Assembly: GCA_964526615.1 (NCBI GenBank)
Contig: CAZGLF010000003.1
Location: 689-32,876 of the forward strand
DNA from: an uncultured Planctomycetia bacterium
GTDB taxonomy: Bacteria; Omnitrophota; Gorgyraeia; Duberdicusellales; 4484-171
Length of the DNA stretch: 32,188 nucleotides
Direction: 5' to 3'
Shown here: positions 20,403 through 30,561 of the stretch, in pieces
Layout: each line of letters begins with the position of its first letter
How positions within the stretch are numbered: position 1 is the first letter of the stretch
Program-made: the position numbers and the translations under genes
Notes under the pieces: model-generated
What the model was told of the DNA's origin: nothing
The model's database searches: none
Seen by the model: the letters and a program-made list of their open reading frames with translations, nothing else

Positions 20403-23400
20403 TTACTCTCCTTTTCTGCTCGGACATCTAGACATAATCCTTGTAATTCTTTTACTAATACATTAAACGATTCCGGCACCGAAGGTTGAAATTTCTGTTC
20501 ACCGCGCACAATTGCCTCATATATTCGTGTTCTTCCTTCTACGTCATCGCTTTTTACCGTCAACATCTCTTGTAAAGTGAATGCCGCCCCATAGGCCTCA
20601 AGGGCCCAAACTTCCATTTCACCAAAACGCTGGCCACCAAATTGAGCTTTTCCGCCCAACGGCTGCTGGGTTATCAATGAATATGGGCCAATGGCACGGG
20701 CGTGCATCTTATCATCAACCATATGAACTAGTTTCATTATATACATATAGCCGACACCGGCCTTTAAACCAAAAGGTTTTCCGGTATAACCATCGTGTAG
20801 CACCACCTTTCCATCTTCGGGTAATTCGGCTTCTCTTAGAAGATCTTTAACTCCGCTGGCACCGGCACCGTCAAAAACCGGGGAAACAACTCTTATCCCT
20901 AATTTCTTTGCGGCCCAACCAAGGTGCATTTCAAGAAGCTGTCCAACATTCATTCGTGAAGGAACTCCGAGAGGGTTTAAAATTATATCTACCGGCTTGC
21001 CATCTTCTAAATAAGGCATATCTTCTTCCGGTAGTATTTTTGAAATAACTCCTTTATTTCCGTGACGCCCGGAAAGTTTATCACCAGCTGATATCTTTCG
21101 CTTCATAGCAACAAATACCACTACTCTTTTGAGTACGCCAGCAGGTAACTCATCGCCTTTTTTAATCTTACTTATCTCTAATTCTTTTTCAATTGCAAGT
21201 TCATTAAGCCTTTCATCATAAATAGTAAGTATGTTTCTTGCATCTTCATTTTCTTCACACTCAGTAAGATTTATTTTTTTCTCGCTTTTACCAAGAATAG
21301 CGCTTAGCCTTCTGAGCTTTTCGCGTTCTAATAATTCTTTTTCTTCTTCGTAATACTGCTCTATTTCTTTCAGCCTTCGCAATTCTTCAGTTTTTTCTTT
21401 TTTAGAACGTCTACCCCTATCCTTGCGTTGGAAAACTTCAACATTAGTTACTACACCATAAATTCCCGGAGGAACTCTTAAAGATGTATCTTTAACATCA
21501 GCTGCTTTTTCGCCAAAAATCGCACGGAGCAATCTTTCTTCCGGAGATAATTCTTTCTCCGTCTTTGGGGTAACTCTGCCAACTAAAATATCATCAGGTA
21601 TGACCTCAGCCCCGACTCTAATAACTCCGGTATCATCAAGATTGCTTAGGGCTTCTTCACCCACATTAGGAATATCTCTGGTTATATCTTCATTACCTAA
21701 GCGGGTTTCTCTGGCTTCACACTCAAATTTTTCAATATGCAAAGAAGTTAAAACATCTTCTTTAACCAGCCTTTCGTTTATAATTATTGCATCTTCGAAG
21801 TTATACCCTCTCCAGGGTAAAAATGCCACTAAAAGATTAGTGCCTAGGGAAAGCTCACCGTCATCGGTTGCCATTCCGTCAGCAATAATCGTATTTTTCT
21901 TTACCTCTTGGCCTTTTTTAACTAAAGGTTTCTGGTTAACGCAAGTATCGGCATTGGAACGGTTAAATTTCTTTAACTTATAAGTAAACTTATCAATAGT
22001 TATTGATTCAGCATCAACCTCAATTACTTTTCCGGATTCTTTTGCGATCACCATAACCCCAGTATCTCTGGCAACTTTTTCCTCAATTCCGGTTCCAACC
22101 AATGGAGATTGAGGAAAGAGAAGCGGAACAGCTTGACGTTGCATATTGGACCCCATTAACGCCCTGTTAGCATCGTCATGCTCCAAAAATGGGATCATTG
22201 ATGCCGAGACTGAAATAATCTGCTGAGGCGAAACATCCATGTATTCAATTTTCGTTGGCTTTACCTTGGGAAATTTACCTTTATATCTAGAATATATTTC
22301 TTTATCCTTAATGCTACCGTCTGGGTCAATATTCGGGCTAACCTGAGCAATAATGCGGTTTTCCTCCTCATCGCTAGGTAAAAACTCAATCTTATCAAGA
22401 ACTTTTCCATTTTCTACTTTACGATAAGGGGTGGTAAGAAATCCCAAAGGATTTATTTTTGAATAAGTAGTCAAAGAGGATAATAAACCGATGTTGGCTC
22501 CTTCGGGTGTTTCAATCGGACAGATTTTACCATAGTGAGTAGGGTGAACGTCACGGACCTCAAATCCAGCTCTTTCCCGAGAAAGGCCGCCTGGTCCCAT
22601 AGCCGAAAGCCTTCTTTTGTGGGTTATCTCAGCTAAAGGATTAGTTTGATCCATAAATTGTGAAAGTGGTGAACGAGCAAAAAAATCTTGGATTTGGGTT
22701 GAAAATGCGCGGGAATTTATAAGGTGTTGGATCGAAAATCCATTAGATGATATCAATGAATATCTCTCCATGAAAGTTCTTTCAACCCGCAGCAAGCCGA
22801 CCCTTACTTGATGCTGAAGAAGTTCGCCGATTAGCTTAGTTCTTCGATTCGATAAATGGTCGATATCATCAATATCCCGTTTACCGGCCTTTACCTCCAA
22901 TAAAGCTTTAATTATTTCAACTACGGTATTTAAATCGATCGTCCTTTTGTTTAGGCTAGTATTCATCCCAATCTTTTTGTTAATTAAATAGCGCCCAACT
23001 TTTCCAAGGTCATACCTTCGAGGATCGACAAACATCCTTCTAAAGACTTCTTTTGCAGCTTCAAGAGTTATTGGTTCGGTTGGCCGCATTTTTTTATAAA
23101 AATCAAGATAGGCTTCTTCTTTGCTGGTAGAAAGGTCTTTTTTAACAGTATTAACGATTTCGGGGTAGGGTTTATCAGAAAAGGTATTATATATGTCATC
23201 GTTGGTAGAAAGTCCAAAAATTCTTAAAATCTGAGTCGCCGGAAATGTTTTTCTTCTATCTACTATTGCAGTTATGGTGTCGTTTATGTCGGTTCGAAAT
23301 TCCAGCCAGTATCCGCGATAAGGTATTATTCGTGCGAAATAGATACGTTTTCCTGTAGGATGGGTGTCTTCTTCGCAAAAAACACCGGGTGAACGCTGTA

Positions 23401-23815
23401 ACTGACTGATAATCGCTCTTTCATCGCCATTGATAATAAATGAAGCGGTTTCGGTCATCAAAGGGATGTCGCCGAGATAAATCTCTTGTTCTTTAATTTC
23501 CTTATCTGGGCCGAGCAACCTTAAACGAACTCTTAAAGGTGCGGCGTAAGTTTGCGATCTTCGCTTACACTCTTCCACGCTGTAACGTGGACGGCTCAAA
23601 CTGTAAGATATATACTCGAGGCGATATTGCTTGTCCGGACTTTCCATTGGAAATATTTCTTTCATTATTTCCTGAATACCGATATTTTTGCGTTTTTCCG
23701 GTAAGGTATCCACTTGCAAAAAATCAGAAAAAGAACGTAGCTGATGCTCAAGAAAATGCGGCATCGTAGCATTCTTTTTGATTTTTGCAAAAGATAGTTT
23801 TTTGGTTTTCCTCAA
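20399..23815 (-). CDS. rpoB: DNA-directed RNA polymerase subunit beta
   Basis: 1138 aa with GRHGNKGV, the PEDMPY context and the C-terminal [15 protein letters not shown]. It has a TTG start with GGAGGG 4-5 nt upstream. The N-terminal [10 protein letters not shown] matches the conserved beta N-terminus, so the later ATG is unlikely to be the start. Confidence 0.97.
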   Translation of the reverse strand: MRKTKKLSFAKIKKNATMPHFLEHQLRSFSDFLQVDTLPEKRKNIGIQEIMKEIFPMESPDKQYRLEYISYSLSRPRYSVEECKRRSQTYAAPLRVRLRLLGPDKEIKEQEIYLGDIPLMTETASFIINGDERAIISQLQRSPGVFCEEDTHPTGKRIYFARIIPYRGYWLEFRTDINDTITAIVDRRKTFPATQILRIFGLSTNDDIYNTFSDKPYPEIVNTVKKDLSTSKEEAYLDFYKKMRPTEPITLEAAKEVFRRMFVDPRRYDLGKVGRYLINKKIGMNTSLNKRTIDLNTVVEIIKALLEVKAGKRDIDDIDHLSNRRTKLIGELLQHQVRVGLLRVERTFMERYSLISSNGFSIQHLINSRAFSTQIQDFFARSPLSQFMDQTNPLAEITHKRRLSAMGPGGLSRERAGFEVRDVHPTHYGKICPIETPEGANIGLLSSLTTYSKINPLGFLTTPYRKVENGKVLDKIEFLPSDEEENRIIAQVSPNIDPDGSIKDKEIYSRYKGKFPKVKPTKIEYMDVSPQQIISVSASMIPFLEHDDANRALMGSNMQRQAVPLLFPQSPLVGTGIEEKVARDTGVMVIAKESGKVIEVDAESITIDKFTYKLKKFNRSNADTCVNQKPLVKKGQEVKKNTIIADGMATDDGELSLGTNLLVAFLPWRGYNFEDAIIINERLVKEDVLTSLHIEKFECEARETRLGNEDITRDIPNVGEEALSNLDDTGVIRVGAEVIPDDILVGRVTPKTEKELSPEERLLRAIFGEKAADVKDTSLRVPPGIYGVVTNVEVFQRKDRGRRSKKEKTEELRRLKEIEQYYEEEKELLEREKLRRLSAILGKSEKKINLTECEENEDARNILTIYDERLNELAIEKELEISKIKKGDELPAGVLKRVVVFVAMKRKISAGDKLSGRHGNKGVISKILPEEDMPYLEDGKPVDIILNPLGVPSRMNVGQLLEMHLGWAAKKLGIRVVSPVFDGAGASGVKDLLREAELPEDGKVVLHDGYTGKPFGLKAGVGYMYIMKLVHMVDDKMHARAIGPYSLITQQPLGGKAQFGGQRFGEMEVWALEAYGAAFTLQEMLTVKSDDVEGRTRIYEAIVRGEQKFQPSVPESFNVLVKELQGLCLDVRAEKESK

Positions 23816-23892
23816 AATACCCTCCTACCTAAAATTTAGTAGTTTATATTTATTCTTTTGGTTTCCCTAATATTTATTATTTTTGGTTAGAA

Positions 23893-24273
23893 TTATTTTA
23901 ATTCAGCTGTTCCACCAGCAGCTTCGATCTTTTTCTTGATTTCTTCTGCTTCTTCCTTGGCAACATTTTCTTTAACTTCTTTAGGTGCTGAATCCACTAA
24001 TGCTTTAGCTTCTTTTAATCCCAATTCAGTTATCGCACGTATTTCTTTAATTACTGCAATCTTGTTAGCACCAATACCAGTTAATACAACAGTAAAAGAA
24101 GTTTTTTCCTCTTCAGCTTCTGCGGCTCCACCGGCAGCTGGCCCGGCTGCTACTGCAACTGCAGGAGCACTAGCGCTAACCCCAAATTTGTCCTCACAAG
24201 CCTTTACTAATTCAGAAAGCTCTAATACAGTCATTTCTTCTACAATTTTCAAAACATCTTCTACCTTAGACAT
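23893..24273 (-). CDS. rplL: 50S ribosomal protein L7/L12
   Basis: 126 aa with an Ala/Gly/Glu hinge and a C-terminal domain reading [26 protein letters not shown] lies upstream. Confidence 0.97.
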   Translation of the reverse strand: MSKVEDVLKIVEEMTVLELSELVKACEDKFGVSASAPAVAVAAGPAAGGAAEAEEEKTSFTVVLTGIGANKIAVIKEIRAITELGLKEAKALVDSAPKEVKENVAKEEAEEIKKKIEAAGGTAELK

Positions 24274-24294
24274 AAAACTACCTCCTTAACTTTC

Positions 24295-24828
24295 CTATTT
24301 TTTATCTTTGGTTTTTTTGACTTCTTCTAACGCCCAAACGAATTTCAATATTATTTGATTAAGACTATTAACCATGCCGCTCAACGGCGAGGCTAATCCG
24401 GATACGGCCATACCTAAAAGAACCTCTTTTGAAGGTAACTTAGCCATTGAATCGATATCTTGGGCTGAAATCTTTTTCTCATTGACTATTGCGCCTTTTA
24501 TATTTAAAGCTTCGCTTTCTTTTTTAAATTCGGCTAAAATTTTACAAGACTTAACTACATCTTTATCGTAAACCAATACCATTCCTGTCTCATCCTGGAT
24601 CAAATCCTGAAAATCTTTCCACCCTAAAGCATTAAAACTTCTCTCATAAATAGAATTTTTAGTTATAAAAACTTGAGCTCCTGCATCTTTAAGGTCATTT
24701 CGTAACCGGTTAAAAGAAAAAGCATCAAGTTTATTAAAGCCAATAAAAAAACAACCTTCGGTTTCACCAAGTTTATCCTTCAGGTCCCTTGTGATTTTTT
24801 CTCGAATAACTAAACCTATTTTCTTCAT
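24295..24828 (-). CDS. rplJ: 50S ribosomal protein L10
   Basis: 177 aa, positioned between rplA and rplL. It has an ATGA overlap with rplA. Confidence 0.94.
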   Translation of the reverse strand: MKKIGLVIREKITRDLKDKLGETEGCFFIGFNKLDAFSFNRLRNDLKDAGAQVFITKNSIYERSFNALGWKDFQDLIQDETGMVLVYDKDVVKSCKILAEFKKESEALNIKGAIVNEKKISAQDIDSMAKLPSKEVLLGMAVSGLASPLSGMVNSLNQIILKFVWALEEVKKTKDKK

Positions 24829-25511
24829 ATCGAAATCCTTACTGATGGGCTCATAGTAGTGGCTAAAAAAGCGCTTTTAACATACTCACCTTTTACTGAT
24901 TGGGGCCTTGCACTATTTAAAGCATCAATAAAAGATTTAATATTATCGACTAGAGCCTCTTTGTTAAATGAAATCTTCCCTACCCCAACATGAACGCAAC
25001 CAAGTTTATCCATTCTAAAATCGATTTTACCTCTTTTAGCCTCGGAAATAGCATGGCTTACATTTTCGGTAACAGTACCTGTCTTAGGTGAAGGCATTAG
25101 TCCGCGCGGGCCCAAAAACTTACCTAATTTACTCACAACGCGCATCATCGAAGGCATTGCAATGCAGGAATCAAAGTCAATCCATCCTTCCTTGAGTATC
25201 TTCTCAACAATCTCATCTGAACCAATATAGTCTGCACCGGCTTCCTTTGCCTTGGCTTCTTTATCTGGTTCGCAAAAAACCAAAACCTTTACTTCCCTGC
25301 CAGTGCCGTGAGGAAGAACCACCGTGCCCCTTATCATCTGGTCAGATTGCTTGGGATCAGCACCAAGTTTACCACTAACTTCAACTGTTTCGTCAAATTT
25401 AGCTTTGGGCATTGATTTTAACGCCTCTACAGCCTCTTCAACCGAATATTGTTTTTCTGTTTCGAGTAAATTTAGTGCTTCTTTATATCTTTTTCCTTTA
25501 TTTCGAATCAT
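24825..25511 (-). CDS. rplA: 50S ribosomal protein L1
   Basis: 228 aa from MIRNKGKRYKEA, with GAGGG 6 nt upstream. The alternative ATG at 25517 forms an ATGA overlap with the rplK stop. GTVVLPHGTGR is typical of L1. Confidence 0.94.
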   Translation of the reverse strand: MIRNKGKRYKEALNLLETEKQYSVEEAVEALKSMPKAKFDETVEVSGKLGADPKQSDQMIRGTVVLPHGTGREVKVLVFCEPDKEAKAKEAGADYIGSDEIVEKILKEGWIDFDSCIAMPSMMRVVSKLGKFLGPRGLMPSPKTGTVTENVSHAISEAKRGKIDFRMDKLGCVHVGVGKISFNKEALVDNIKSFIDALNSARPQSVKGEYVKSAFLATTMSPSVRISI

Positions 25512-25513
25512 AA

Positions 25514-25951
25514 TCATCCCTCAACAACTTTAATTCCACAGCTTCTAGCTGTTCCTTCGACTATCAGCATAGCCTTATCTATATCTCTAGTATTTAAATC
25601 CTGCATTTTTTCTTTCGCGATTTCCTCCACCTGAGACTTGTTAATTTCCCCGATAATTTCTTTACCGGCTTGGGAACTTGCCTTAGCAAGATTGGCAGCT
25701 CTTTTTATCAAAAATGAAACCGGCGGACTTTTAATGATAAAGTCAAAAGTCCTATCCTCATAAACATTTATTATTACCGGTAAAATTATTCCTTCTTTTT
25801 GCTTGGTAACATCGTTAAAAGCTTTACAAAACTGCATAATATTTACACCATGCTGGCCTAAAGCCGGGCCTACCGGTGGCGCCGGATTAGCACTTCCGGC
25901 TGGTATCTGTAATTTAATCTGACTTTTTGGTTTTTTCTTTTTTTTGGCCAT
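25514..25951 (-). CDS. rplK: 50S ribosomal protein L11
   Basis: 145 aa with [35 protein letters not shown]. Confidence 0.97.
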   Translation of the reverse strand: MAKKKKKPKSQIKLQIPAGSANPAPPVGPALGQHGVNIMQFCKAFNDVTKQKEGIILPVIINVYEDRTFDFIIKSPPVSFLIKRAANLAKASSQAGKEIIGEINKSQVEEIAKEKMQDLNTRDIDKAMLIVEGTARSCGIKVVEG

Positions 25952-25958
25952 AATTTTT

Positions 25959-26486
25959 TTAGATTTTTTCGACTTGCCAGAATTCTAATTCAACTGGCGT
26001 GGTTCTTCCGAATATCGAAACATTAACCTTTAATTTCCCTTTGTCGGTATAAACCTCTTCGATAGCTCCGTTAAAGTTAACAAAAGGCCCCTCGACAACC
26101 CTTATGCTTTCACCCTTTTCAAAATTAACCTTTGGTGCCGGTTTAGCCTTACTTTCTTCAGCTTTCATTAAAATTCTATCAACTTCAGCCTGAGAAATTG
26201 GCGAAGGCTTCCTTCTTGGCCCAATAAAGGCAGTGATTCCTGGAGTTGTGCGCACAAAAAGCCAAGAATCATCATTCATTTCCATATGGATCAAAATATA
26301 CCCGGGGAAAAATTTCCTTTCTAAAACTCGCTTTTTACCAAGTTTAACCTCGGTTACCTGTTCTTTGGGTATTACTACTTCATCAATTAATTCCTGATAA
26401 TCACGGGCTTGAATCCGAGCCTCTAAATTAGCTTTAGCTTTGTCTTCGGCTCCGCTTAAAGTATGTAAAATATACCAACGTTTCAT
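25959..26486 (-). CDS. nusG: Transcription termination/antitermination factor NusG
   Basis: 175 aa with the NGN N-terminus [18 protein letters not shown] and a C-terminal KOW domain. It is in the secE-nusG-rplK order. Confidence 0.96.
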   Translation of the reverse strand: MKRWYILHTLSGAEDKAKANLEARIQARDYQELIDEVVIPKEQVTEVKLGKKRVLERKFFPGYILIHMEMNDDSWLFVRTTPGITAFIGPRRKPSPISQAEVDRILMKAEESKAKPAPKVNFEKGESIRVVEGPFVNFNGAIEEVYTDKGKLKVNVSIFGRTTPVELEFWQVEKI

Positions 26487-26680
26487 TAACCTAATAAAAT
26501 TTGTACTAGTCTTGATAAACCTAAATCAATCAAAGCGATATAGCCGGTCAATAACGTTGAAGTGATCAATACTATAACTGTTGCTGCTATCAACTCTTGG
26601 CGTGAAGACCAGTTTACTTTTTTTAACTCTTCTTTAACCTCTTTTATAAATTTTGGAAATTGTTTTATTTTTTTCAACAT
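26486..26680 (-). CDS. secE: Preprotein translocase subunit SecE
   Basis: 64 aa with a single C-terminal TM helix after EVKEELKKVNWSSRQEL. It has a TAATG overlap with nusG. Confidence 0.92.
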   Translation of the reverse strand: MLKKIKQFPKFIKEVKEELKKVNWSSRQELIAATVIVLITSTLLTGYIALIDLGLSRLVQILLG

Positions 26681-26721
26681 AATTTAACTATATATATTTT
26701 GCCTTCTAATTCCACTTAAAG

Positions 26722-26795
26722 CAGGCGAGGCAGGAGTTGAACCTGCAACCCCCGGTTTTGGAGACCGGTGCTCTGCCAAATTGAGCTACTCGCCT
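26722..26795 (-). tRNA. trnW: tRNA-Trp (anticodon CCA)
   Basis: Hand-folded cloverleaf. The acceptor is AGGCGAG/CTCGCCT, the D stem GCTC/GAGC, the anticodon stem CCGGT/ACCGG with loop CTCCAAA, and the T arm GCAGG-TTCAACT-CCTGC. The 3' CCA is not encoded. Confidence 0.93.
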
Positions 26796-26832
26796 AAACT
26801 TTTTAGTTAACCGGTTGCGCAGTTCGTTAATA

Positions 26833-26854
26833 TAAAATTGCGGTGCCTCGCAAT
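26833..26854 (-). terminator. Weak hairpin plus short T-run downstream of rpmG
   Basis: On the minus strand, ATTGCG-aggcac-CGCAAT (6 bp) is followed by tttata. The stem is short, so at best this is a leaky terminator. Confidence 0.25.
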
Positions 26855-26890
26855 CCAAAACTCAAAATTTATCACAATAAGAAAGAACTC

Positions 26891-27043
26891 TTATGGCTTT
26901 GCTTCTTTATGCTCAGTATGTTCCCGGTCGAATCGGCAATATTTTTTGATTAAAAGTTTCTCGGGGTGTATTCTCTTATTCTTAGTAGTGTAGTAATTCT
27001 TCCGTTTACATTTTGTACAAGATAACGCAATTAATTCTCTCAT
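26891..27043 (-). CDS. rpmG: 50S ribosomal protein L33
   Basis: Not in the ORF track because it is under 60 aa. My hand translation is MRELIALSCTKCKRKNYYTTKNKRIHPEKLLIKKYCRFDREHTEHKEAKP (50 aa, TAA stop). This matches the L33 pattern CxxC...TKNKR...KKYC...H.E.K. Confidence 0.9.
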   Translation of the reverse strand: MRELIALSCTKCKRKNYYTTKNKRIHPEKLLIKKYCRFDREHTEHKEAKP

Positions 27044-27131
27044 AATAACTTAGAATAAAAAAAATGAAAAAAGGCTATAATTCCCCTTTTCCACTTTTGT
27101 GGTTTTTACGAAAAATTGACCTCATTTAGTA

Positions 27132-27204
27132 AGCCCACGACCGGAGTTGAACCGGTGACCTCATCGTTACCAACGATGTGCTCTACCAACTGAGCTACAT
27201 GGGC
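27132..27204 (-). tRNA. trnT: tRNA-Thr (anticodon GGU)
   Basis: Hand-folded cloverleaf. The acceptor is GCCCATG/CGTGGGC (one G-U), the D stem GCTC/GAGC, the anticodon stem CATCG/CGATG with loop TTGGTAA, and the T arm ACCGG-TTCAACT-CCGGT. The 3' CCA is not encoded. Confidence 0.93.
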
Positions 27205-27242
27205 AATTCCCTTTGTTTTTAAGGGCATTGTGTAACCATACG

Positions 27243-27270
27243 ATATTACTATAAAAGATTATTTTGTCAA
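27243..27270 (-). promoter_or_regulatory. Sigma-70-like promoter upstream of tRNA-Thr
   Basis: On the minus strand: TTGACA (27270-27265), a 16-nt spacer, then TAATAT (27248-27243). It lies about 40 nt upstream of the tRNA 5' end in the largest AT-rich gap after ligA. Confidence 0.5.
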
Positions 27271-27304
27271 GAAAAAAATAATTTTTTTTGAAATTAAAAT
27301 CGAG

Positions 27305-27346
27305 GCAAAAATTTGAAAGAACCTAAGCCGCTTTGAAAAGGCTTAG
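27305..27346 (-). terminator. Possible intrinsic terminator overlapping the ligA stop codon
   Basis: A 7-bp stem CTAAGCC/GGCTTAG (27323-27329 with 27340-27346) has a 10-nt loop. On the minus strand it is followed by gttctttcaaattttt. Confidence 0.35.
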
Positions 27347-29335
27347 AAATTGGGTTTCATTTAAGGTTTTTAGGCCAATTTTCTTAGCTTTATCGTATTT
27401 TGAACCGGGATTTTTCCCAACTATCACAAAATCGATATTTTTGCTAACCGAAGATGAGCATTTTCCGCCAAAATCCTGGATTTTCCCCTGAGCTTGAGAC
27501 CGGCTCATTGACCTAAGTTCACCAGTCAAAACAAAGGTTTTTCCGCTTAAAACCTGGCTTTTTAGGGGTTTATCTTTATAGCTTAGGTTTAAACCGATTT
27601 TTTTGAAATTCTCAATTAATTCTTTAGTTTTTTTCGATGAGAAAAAATCTACTATCGATTCAGCCATTATCGGGCCGATTTCCGCTATGGCTTGTAAATC
27701 ATTAGCTTCTAATTCAAAAAATCTATCAATATCTTTAAAAAGCCGGCTTAAAGTTGCAGCAGCTTTTTCGCCTACATGACGAATTCCTAAACCATAAAGA
27801 AAGGCTGAAAAGGGGCGATTTTTGCTTTTTTTAATCCCCATAATAAGATTCGCAGCCTTTCTCTCTTTAAATAATGGCAAGCTTAAAAGGTCTTCTTTTT
27901 CCAAAAGGTAAGTATCAGAAATGCTTTTAACTAGTTTTTTATCGACTAAGTCGTTCACCACGCTTTCCCCCATTCCTTCAATATCTAATGCTTTACGTGA
28001 AGCAAAATGAATCAATGAACGTTTTAATTGCGCCGGACAATCTGGATTTACACAATACCAATAAACTCCGCTACTCTTATCTTGAACAACCTTTTTCGAA
28101 CATACGGGACAAGTTTTAGGAGGAGTTATCGGTTTATTTTGCGGCTTTAAGGGTTTTTTAAGAACTTTTATTATTTTTGGGATAACTTCTCCGGCTCTCT
28201 CAATCAAAACCTTATCTCCTTTATTTAACCCTAATCTTTCTATCTCATCAAAATTATGCAAAGTTGCCCGGGATATAACCACTCCGCCGCATTCAACCGG
28301 TTCAAGTATTGCAACTGGAGTTATTATCCCGGTGCGGCCAACCCCATATTCGACATTAACAACTTTGGTGGTTACCCGATGGGCAGGAAATTTATATGCG
28401 ACTGCCCATCGCGGGCTTTTTAAGGTACTTCCCAGGCCTTCCGCCAATTTACGTGAATTCACTTTAATGACTACCCCGTCAACCTCATATTCCAGTTCTT
28501 CTCTTTTATCTTGCCAATACTTACAATAGTCAATTACCTCTTTAATGTTATTGCAATATTTGGTATTGGGGCTAATTGGAATATGCCAAGATTTTAATTT
28601 ATTTAAAAACTTCTCTTGGGTAACGAATAAATCACCCTCGGTATGCCCTAAAGAGTGTGCGATAAATCGTAAATTTCTTTTAGCAGTTTGCGAAGGATCA
28701 AGCATCTTCAACGAACCGCTAGCAGCATTTCGTGGATTAGCAAATAAGTTTTCGTTATTTTTTTCCCGGAATTTATTAAGTTTAAGAAAATCTTTTTTTG
28801 AAATAAATACTTCACCTCGTATCTCAATTAACTCCGGCACCTGGGAACCTGCCAATCTCAAAGGAATAGTTTTTATGGTTCTTATATTGGCGGTGACATC
28901 TTCGCCGGTTTGCCCGTCTCCCCGGGTAGCACCAAGAGTAAGCGTTCCTCTTTTATAAGTTAAGGCGGCGCTCAACCCGTCGATTTTTAATTCCGCAACA
29001 TAATCTATATCGGCATTTTTTTTCATAAGCCTTTTGATTTTATCTTCCCAGCGATTTATTTCTTCAATCGAATAAGTATTGTCAAGGGAAAGCATTAAAG
29101 TTTTATGCCTAACGGTATTAAATCCTTCCAGAAGCCCTCCCGAAACTCTTTGGGTTGGAGAATCTTTACTTTGAAGTTCAGGATATTTTTCTTCTAACTC
29201 TTTTAGCCGTTTTACAAGGTTATCATATTCTTTATCGGAAATATCAGGATTACTTAAAACATAATAACGATAATTTGCATCTTCTATAGCTTTTCTAAGG
29301 TTCTTGATTTCTTTTTTTGCTTGTTTCTTGTTCAT
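27323..29335 (-). CDS. ligA: NAD-dependent DNA ligase
   Basis: 670 aa from MNKKQAKKEIKNLRKAIEDANYRYYV. It has the adenylation motif ELKIDGLS, the Zn finger CPVC...CVNPDCPAQ, and a C-terminal BRCT domain (GKTFVLTGEL). The ORF-track start at 29380 lies inside acyP and was rejected. Confidence 0.96.
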   Translation of the reverse strand: MNKKQAKKEIKNLRKAIEDANYRYYVLSNPDISDKEYDNLVKRLKELEEKYPELQSKDSPTQRVSGGLLEGFNTVRHKTLMLSLDNTYSIEEINRWEDKIKRLMKKNADIDYVAELKIDGLSAALTYKRGTLTLGATRGDGQTGEDVTANIRTIKTIPLRLAGSQVPELIEIRGEVFISKKDFLKLNKFREKNNENLFANPRNAASGSLKMLDPSQTAKRNLRFIAHSLGHTEGDLFVTQEKFLNKLKSWHIPISPNTKYCNNIKEVIDYCKYWQDKREELEYEVDGVVIKVNSRKLAEGLGSTLKSPRWAVAYKFPAHRVTTKVVNVEYGVGRTGIITPVAILEPVECGGVVISRATLHNFDEIERLGLNKGDKVLIERAGEVIPKIIKVLKKPLKPQNKPITPPKTCPVCSKKVVQDKSSGVYWYCVNPDCPAQLKRSLIHFASRKALDIEGMGESVVNDLVDKKLVKSISDTYLLEKEDLLSLPLFKERKAANLIMGIKKSKNRPFSAFLYGLGIRHVGEKAAATLSRLFKDIDRFFELEANDLQAIAEIGPIMAESIVDFFSSKKTKELIENFKKIGLNLSYKDKPLKSQVLSGKTFVLTGELRSMSRSQAQGKIQDFGGKCSSSVSKNIDFVIVGKNPGSKYDKAKKIGLKTLNETQFLSLFKAA

Positions 29336-29342
29336 AATAATT

Positions 29343-29612
29343 TTATCTGATTTGAAAACCTTCGCATTTACCTGAATCATTATCGTTGGAATATTCTATA
29401 TCGGTTATATTTCGGAAAAATTCACTTTTTAAACCATTTAAAAATTTATTAAGGTTTTCGTTTTCTCCTTGAGCAACCACCTCAACTCTTTTGTCCGGAA
29501 GATTACGCACCCAACCGGATATTCGGTGCCGATTAGCTAACATTTTGGCGGCAAACCTAAATCCAACACCTTGAACAACCCCGGAATAAAATAAATGAAT
29601 ATTTTTTTTCAT
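29343..29612 (-). CDS. acyP: Acylphosphatase
   Basis: 89 aa with the signatures GVVQGVGFRF and GWVRNLPDKRVEVVAQG. Confidence 0.9.
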   Translation of the reverse strand: MKKNIHLFYSGVVQGVGFRFAAKMLANRHRISGWVRNLPDKRVEVVAQGENENLNKFLNGLKSEFFRNITDIEYSNDNDSGKCEGFQIR

Positions 29613-29622
29613 ATTTATTTGC

Positions 29623-30561
29623 TTAATTTTGTTTAGTTAATTTTTCGCCAACCTTAAGGCGGTAACCACAAGCAAATGACCAGGCATCCATCTGCCGTTT
29701 ACCTTGGGGTTTGAGTTCGGTAATTTTTAAAGCATTATTTCCGGCAACAACGACTATACCGCTTTTGTTGATCTCGCTGATTACTCCTGGTTCCTCGAAC
29801 GCAGCATCAAAAACCAGTTCAGCTTTTATGATTTTAATTAAGATATTTTTATAAAAAGTGTAAGCACCTGGCCACCTTACTGTGGCACGGATTAAATTTC
29901 TTATACTTTCTGCGCTTCGATGCCAATCTATCTCACCAGTAGCCTTAGTTAACCGGTTACTGAAAGTTGCCTTTGCCGGATTTTGCGGTTTTAGCTCATA
30001 TTTATTATTGCCGATTAAATCTATTGATTTTATAAGCGTGTTAATGCCTTGTTTTACTAAACGTTGACGTAAGGTAATATAATCATCATCTGGTTTGATC
30101 TTGAGTTCTTTCTGATAAATTATCTCTCCGGCATCGACCTTTTCGTTCATTTTAAATATCGTTACTCCGGTTTTTTCTTGCCCATCCAATAATGCCTGCT
30201 CAATTGGTGAAGCTCCCCGATAAAGGGGCAACAGGGACGGATGAACGCAAATCGAAAATAATTTTGGCAGGCTTAACAACCCGGGCGGTATAATCTTACC
30301 ATAATCGGCGACTATAAAAAGTTCCGCTGCGATTTTTTTTATTTGATCATATAAACCCGGATCGCTTAAATCATTTGGAGTAAACACCTTTATCTTATTT
30401 TTTTTAGCAAAATAACTTACTAATGTTGGCACAATTTTAAGCCCTCTACCCTTGGGCATAGCGGGCTTGCTAACTACCGCAGATGGTTTTGAATTTTTAT
30501 CCGCCAACCCTTCAAGGATATCTTTAGAAAATTGGGAACTGCCAAAATAAATATACTTCAT
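29623..30561 (-). CDS. fmt: Methionyl-tRNA formyltransferase
   Basis: 312 aa with MKYIYFGSSQFS and HPSLLPLYRGASPIEQAL. It has an ATGA overlap with the priA stop. Confidence 0.95.
   Translation of the reverse strand: MKYIYFGSSQFSKDILEGLADKNSKPSAVVSKPAMPKGRGLKIVPTLVSYFAKKNKIKVFTPNDLSDPGLYDQIKKIAAELFIVADYGKIIPPGLLSLPKLFSICVHPSLLPLYRGASPIEQALLDGQEKTGVTIFKMNEKVDAGEIIYQKELKIKPDDDYITLRQRLVKQGINTLIKSIDLIGNNKYELKPQNPAKATFSNRLTKATGEIDWHRSAESIRNLIRATVRWPGAYTFYKNILIKIIKAELVFDAAFEEPGVISEINKSGIVVVAGNNALKITELKPQGKRQMDAWSFACGYRLKVGEKLTKQN

Noticed and set aside
23816-23892. An rplL-rpoB attenuator hairpin as in E. coli.
   Set aside because: The 77-nt spacer is A/T-rich, with repeated aaccaaaa motifs but no stem of 5 bp or more followed by a U-run that I could find by eye.
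26681-26721. An internal promoter for secE (TTAAGT-17-TATATA on the minus strand).
   Set aside because: The -35 element is poor and overlaps the tRNA-Trp trailer. In such AT-rich DNA, TATATA-like hexamers occur by chance, so this is not supportable without data.
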